Shown here piece by piece: positions 62,563 through 64,000 of a stretch of 64,000 nt of DNA. Every line of letters begins with the position of its first letter. Position 1 is the first letter of the stretch. Under the pieces are notes generated by a model. It was not told the DNA's origin, searched no databases, and was given only the letters and a program-made list of their open reading frames with translations. Source of the stretch: Antedon mediterranea. Taxonomy: Eukaryota; Animalia; Echinodermata. Where the stretch lies: the NCBI RefSeq assembly GCF_964355755.1, contig NC_092673.1, forward strand, positions 23,371,648-23,435,647, read 5' to 3'. The position numbers and the translations under genes were made by a program.

Positions 62563-64000
62563 AGGCCCTAGGCCTAGATACATTTTTAATGAAAACGCTA
62601 ATTATGTTTTTAGTTAATTTTGAATATAGAATTTCTAATACTATTAACATTTTTTTTACCTCGATCGTTATTATTTTTTTAGTACAGTAAATATAAATAT
62701 TTATTTCATTATTTATAAATAATTTGTGTTTTCATTTTATCTTACAGACAGGTGTCAATGAATAATTGTAATGTGTTTAGAAAATCGTTTTAAAAAGTGT
62801 TTAAGTTTTTTAAAAGATTAGCATGCCACTGTTTTAAAAATGTTGAAATAATTTATTGCGTATCACAGTTAATTACGAAACTAGTTCTATACCTGCAAGT
62901 GGATACCAGCCACGAGGTTTATGCAATAAAGGAAGATGATGTATGACGATGATTTTTACGTTTGATATCCGCCACTCTTACGTGAGCATGGTTTTAGGAT
63001 AATACTAATATTAATAAAATAATATGCCGTTATAAATCAATCTACCGGGCCTATACAGTAGGACTATGCTGTACAATAGGCCTAGATGTGAGAATAATAA
63101 TGGATGGATAATAAAGGTGGGCACGATTCTCAAAGAGGTAATCTTGCACTGATATTTAAACATTTAGATTTACGAACGGCGTACGGATGTGAGATACTTG
63201 GTACTAAATTATTTACATTAAGTGATCATTATAAATGAAGAAATAAAAGATATTAAAATTAAAAACTATAGTATCGCCGACGTATATACGTATTATATAC
63301 ATTATTTCAAAATGGAACTAGGTTTCACAAAAGCACGTGCAGGCCTATTGATGTTTCAACCGTATGGTTATTAGTAATAGGCCTAGTATACGTCATCTTT
63401 ACATGGCCATGGACAACGATACGTGTTTTGTCCATGATTTGACACACTAGTGCGTGTTTTTTTTAAAAGGGAATCCCCGTCAGCAAAATAACGTGCAGTT
63501 AACGTCAGCACGATCATATCCACGATATGGCATATTTCGGGGTTTATTTCAGTAACTCGCCTTTAAACGATCCGCATATAATAATCATTTTTTACTAGAA
63601 AATATTTTAGGCCTAAACATTAGTAATAAAAATATACACGTCGTGATTTGCCTCAACAATAATCATTATATACTTAATATTATCCTACATAACGTACAGA
63701 CATAAATAAAATAGAAATTAAAATAAGGTGATCCAATAATAGTAAATTTTTAACGACATCGATATTATCTGCCACAAAAATGGATATGCTGGCTTTACGG
63801 GCTATAAATTTAACAATTAATGTTTTTAAATAAATTGTTCTCTTTTACGTAATTGTTTGCATAATAAAAGACACAGACGTATATTCTCTATATATATTAA
63901 TAACAGTACATAATAAAATAGAGGTAAATTATTATATGCCTAATAAAATATTTAAACGTGTTTAGAAATGTCCATTTTGAAAAGACACAGTCCTTCTTCT

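Overview
AT-rich metazoan genomic DNA, probably an invertebrate deuterostome (inferred from Deu-domain-like SINEs and a vertebrate-like NOS1AP exon layout; the species cannot be determined). The only host protein-coding gene found is NOS1AP/CAPON on the minus strand: 9 coding exons, 47967 to 5481, about 634 aa, with a 30.4 kb second coding intron. That intron holds an apparently intact 4.2 kb two-gene PIF/Harbinger-superfamily transposon (DDE transposase plus Myb/SANT-like partner). The rest is dense in MITEs (Harbinger-, MULE-, Merlin- and pogo-type), SINE remnants, minisatellites and two decayed minimal hammerhead ribozymes. The most unusual object is an 11,186 bp non-coding foldback element (50883-62068) with an exact 8 bp target-site duplication. 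It is built from about 60 copies of a 181 bp satellite-like monomer in two opposed arrays that meet with almost no spacer, and it appears to sit in the NOS1AP promoter region. All coordinates and counts were derived by hand.
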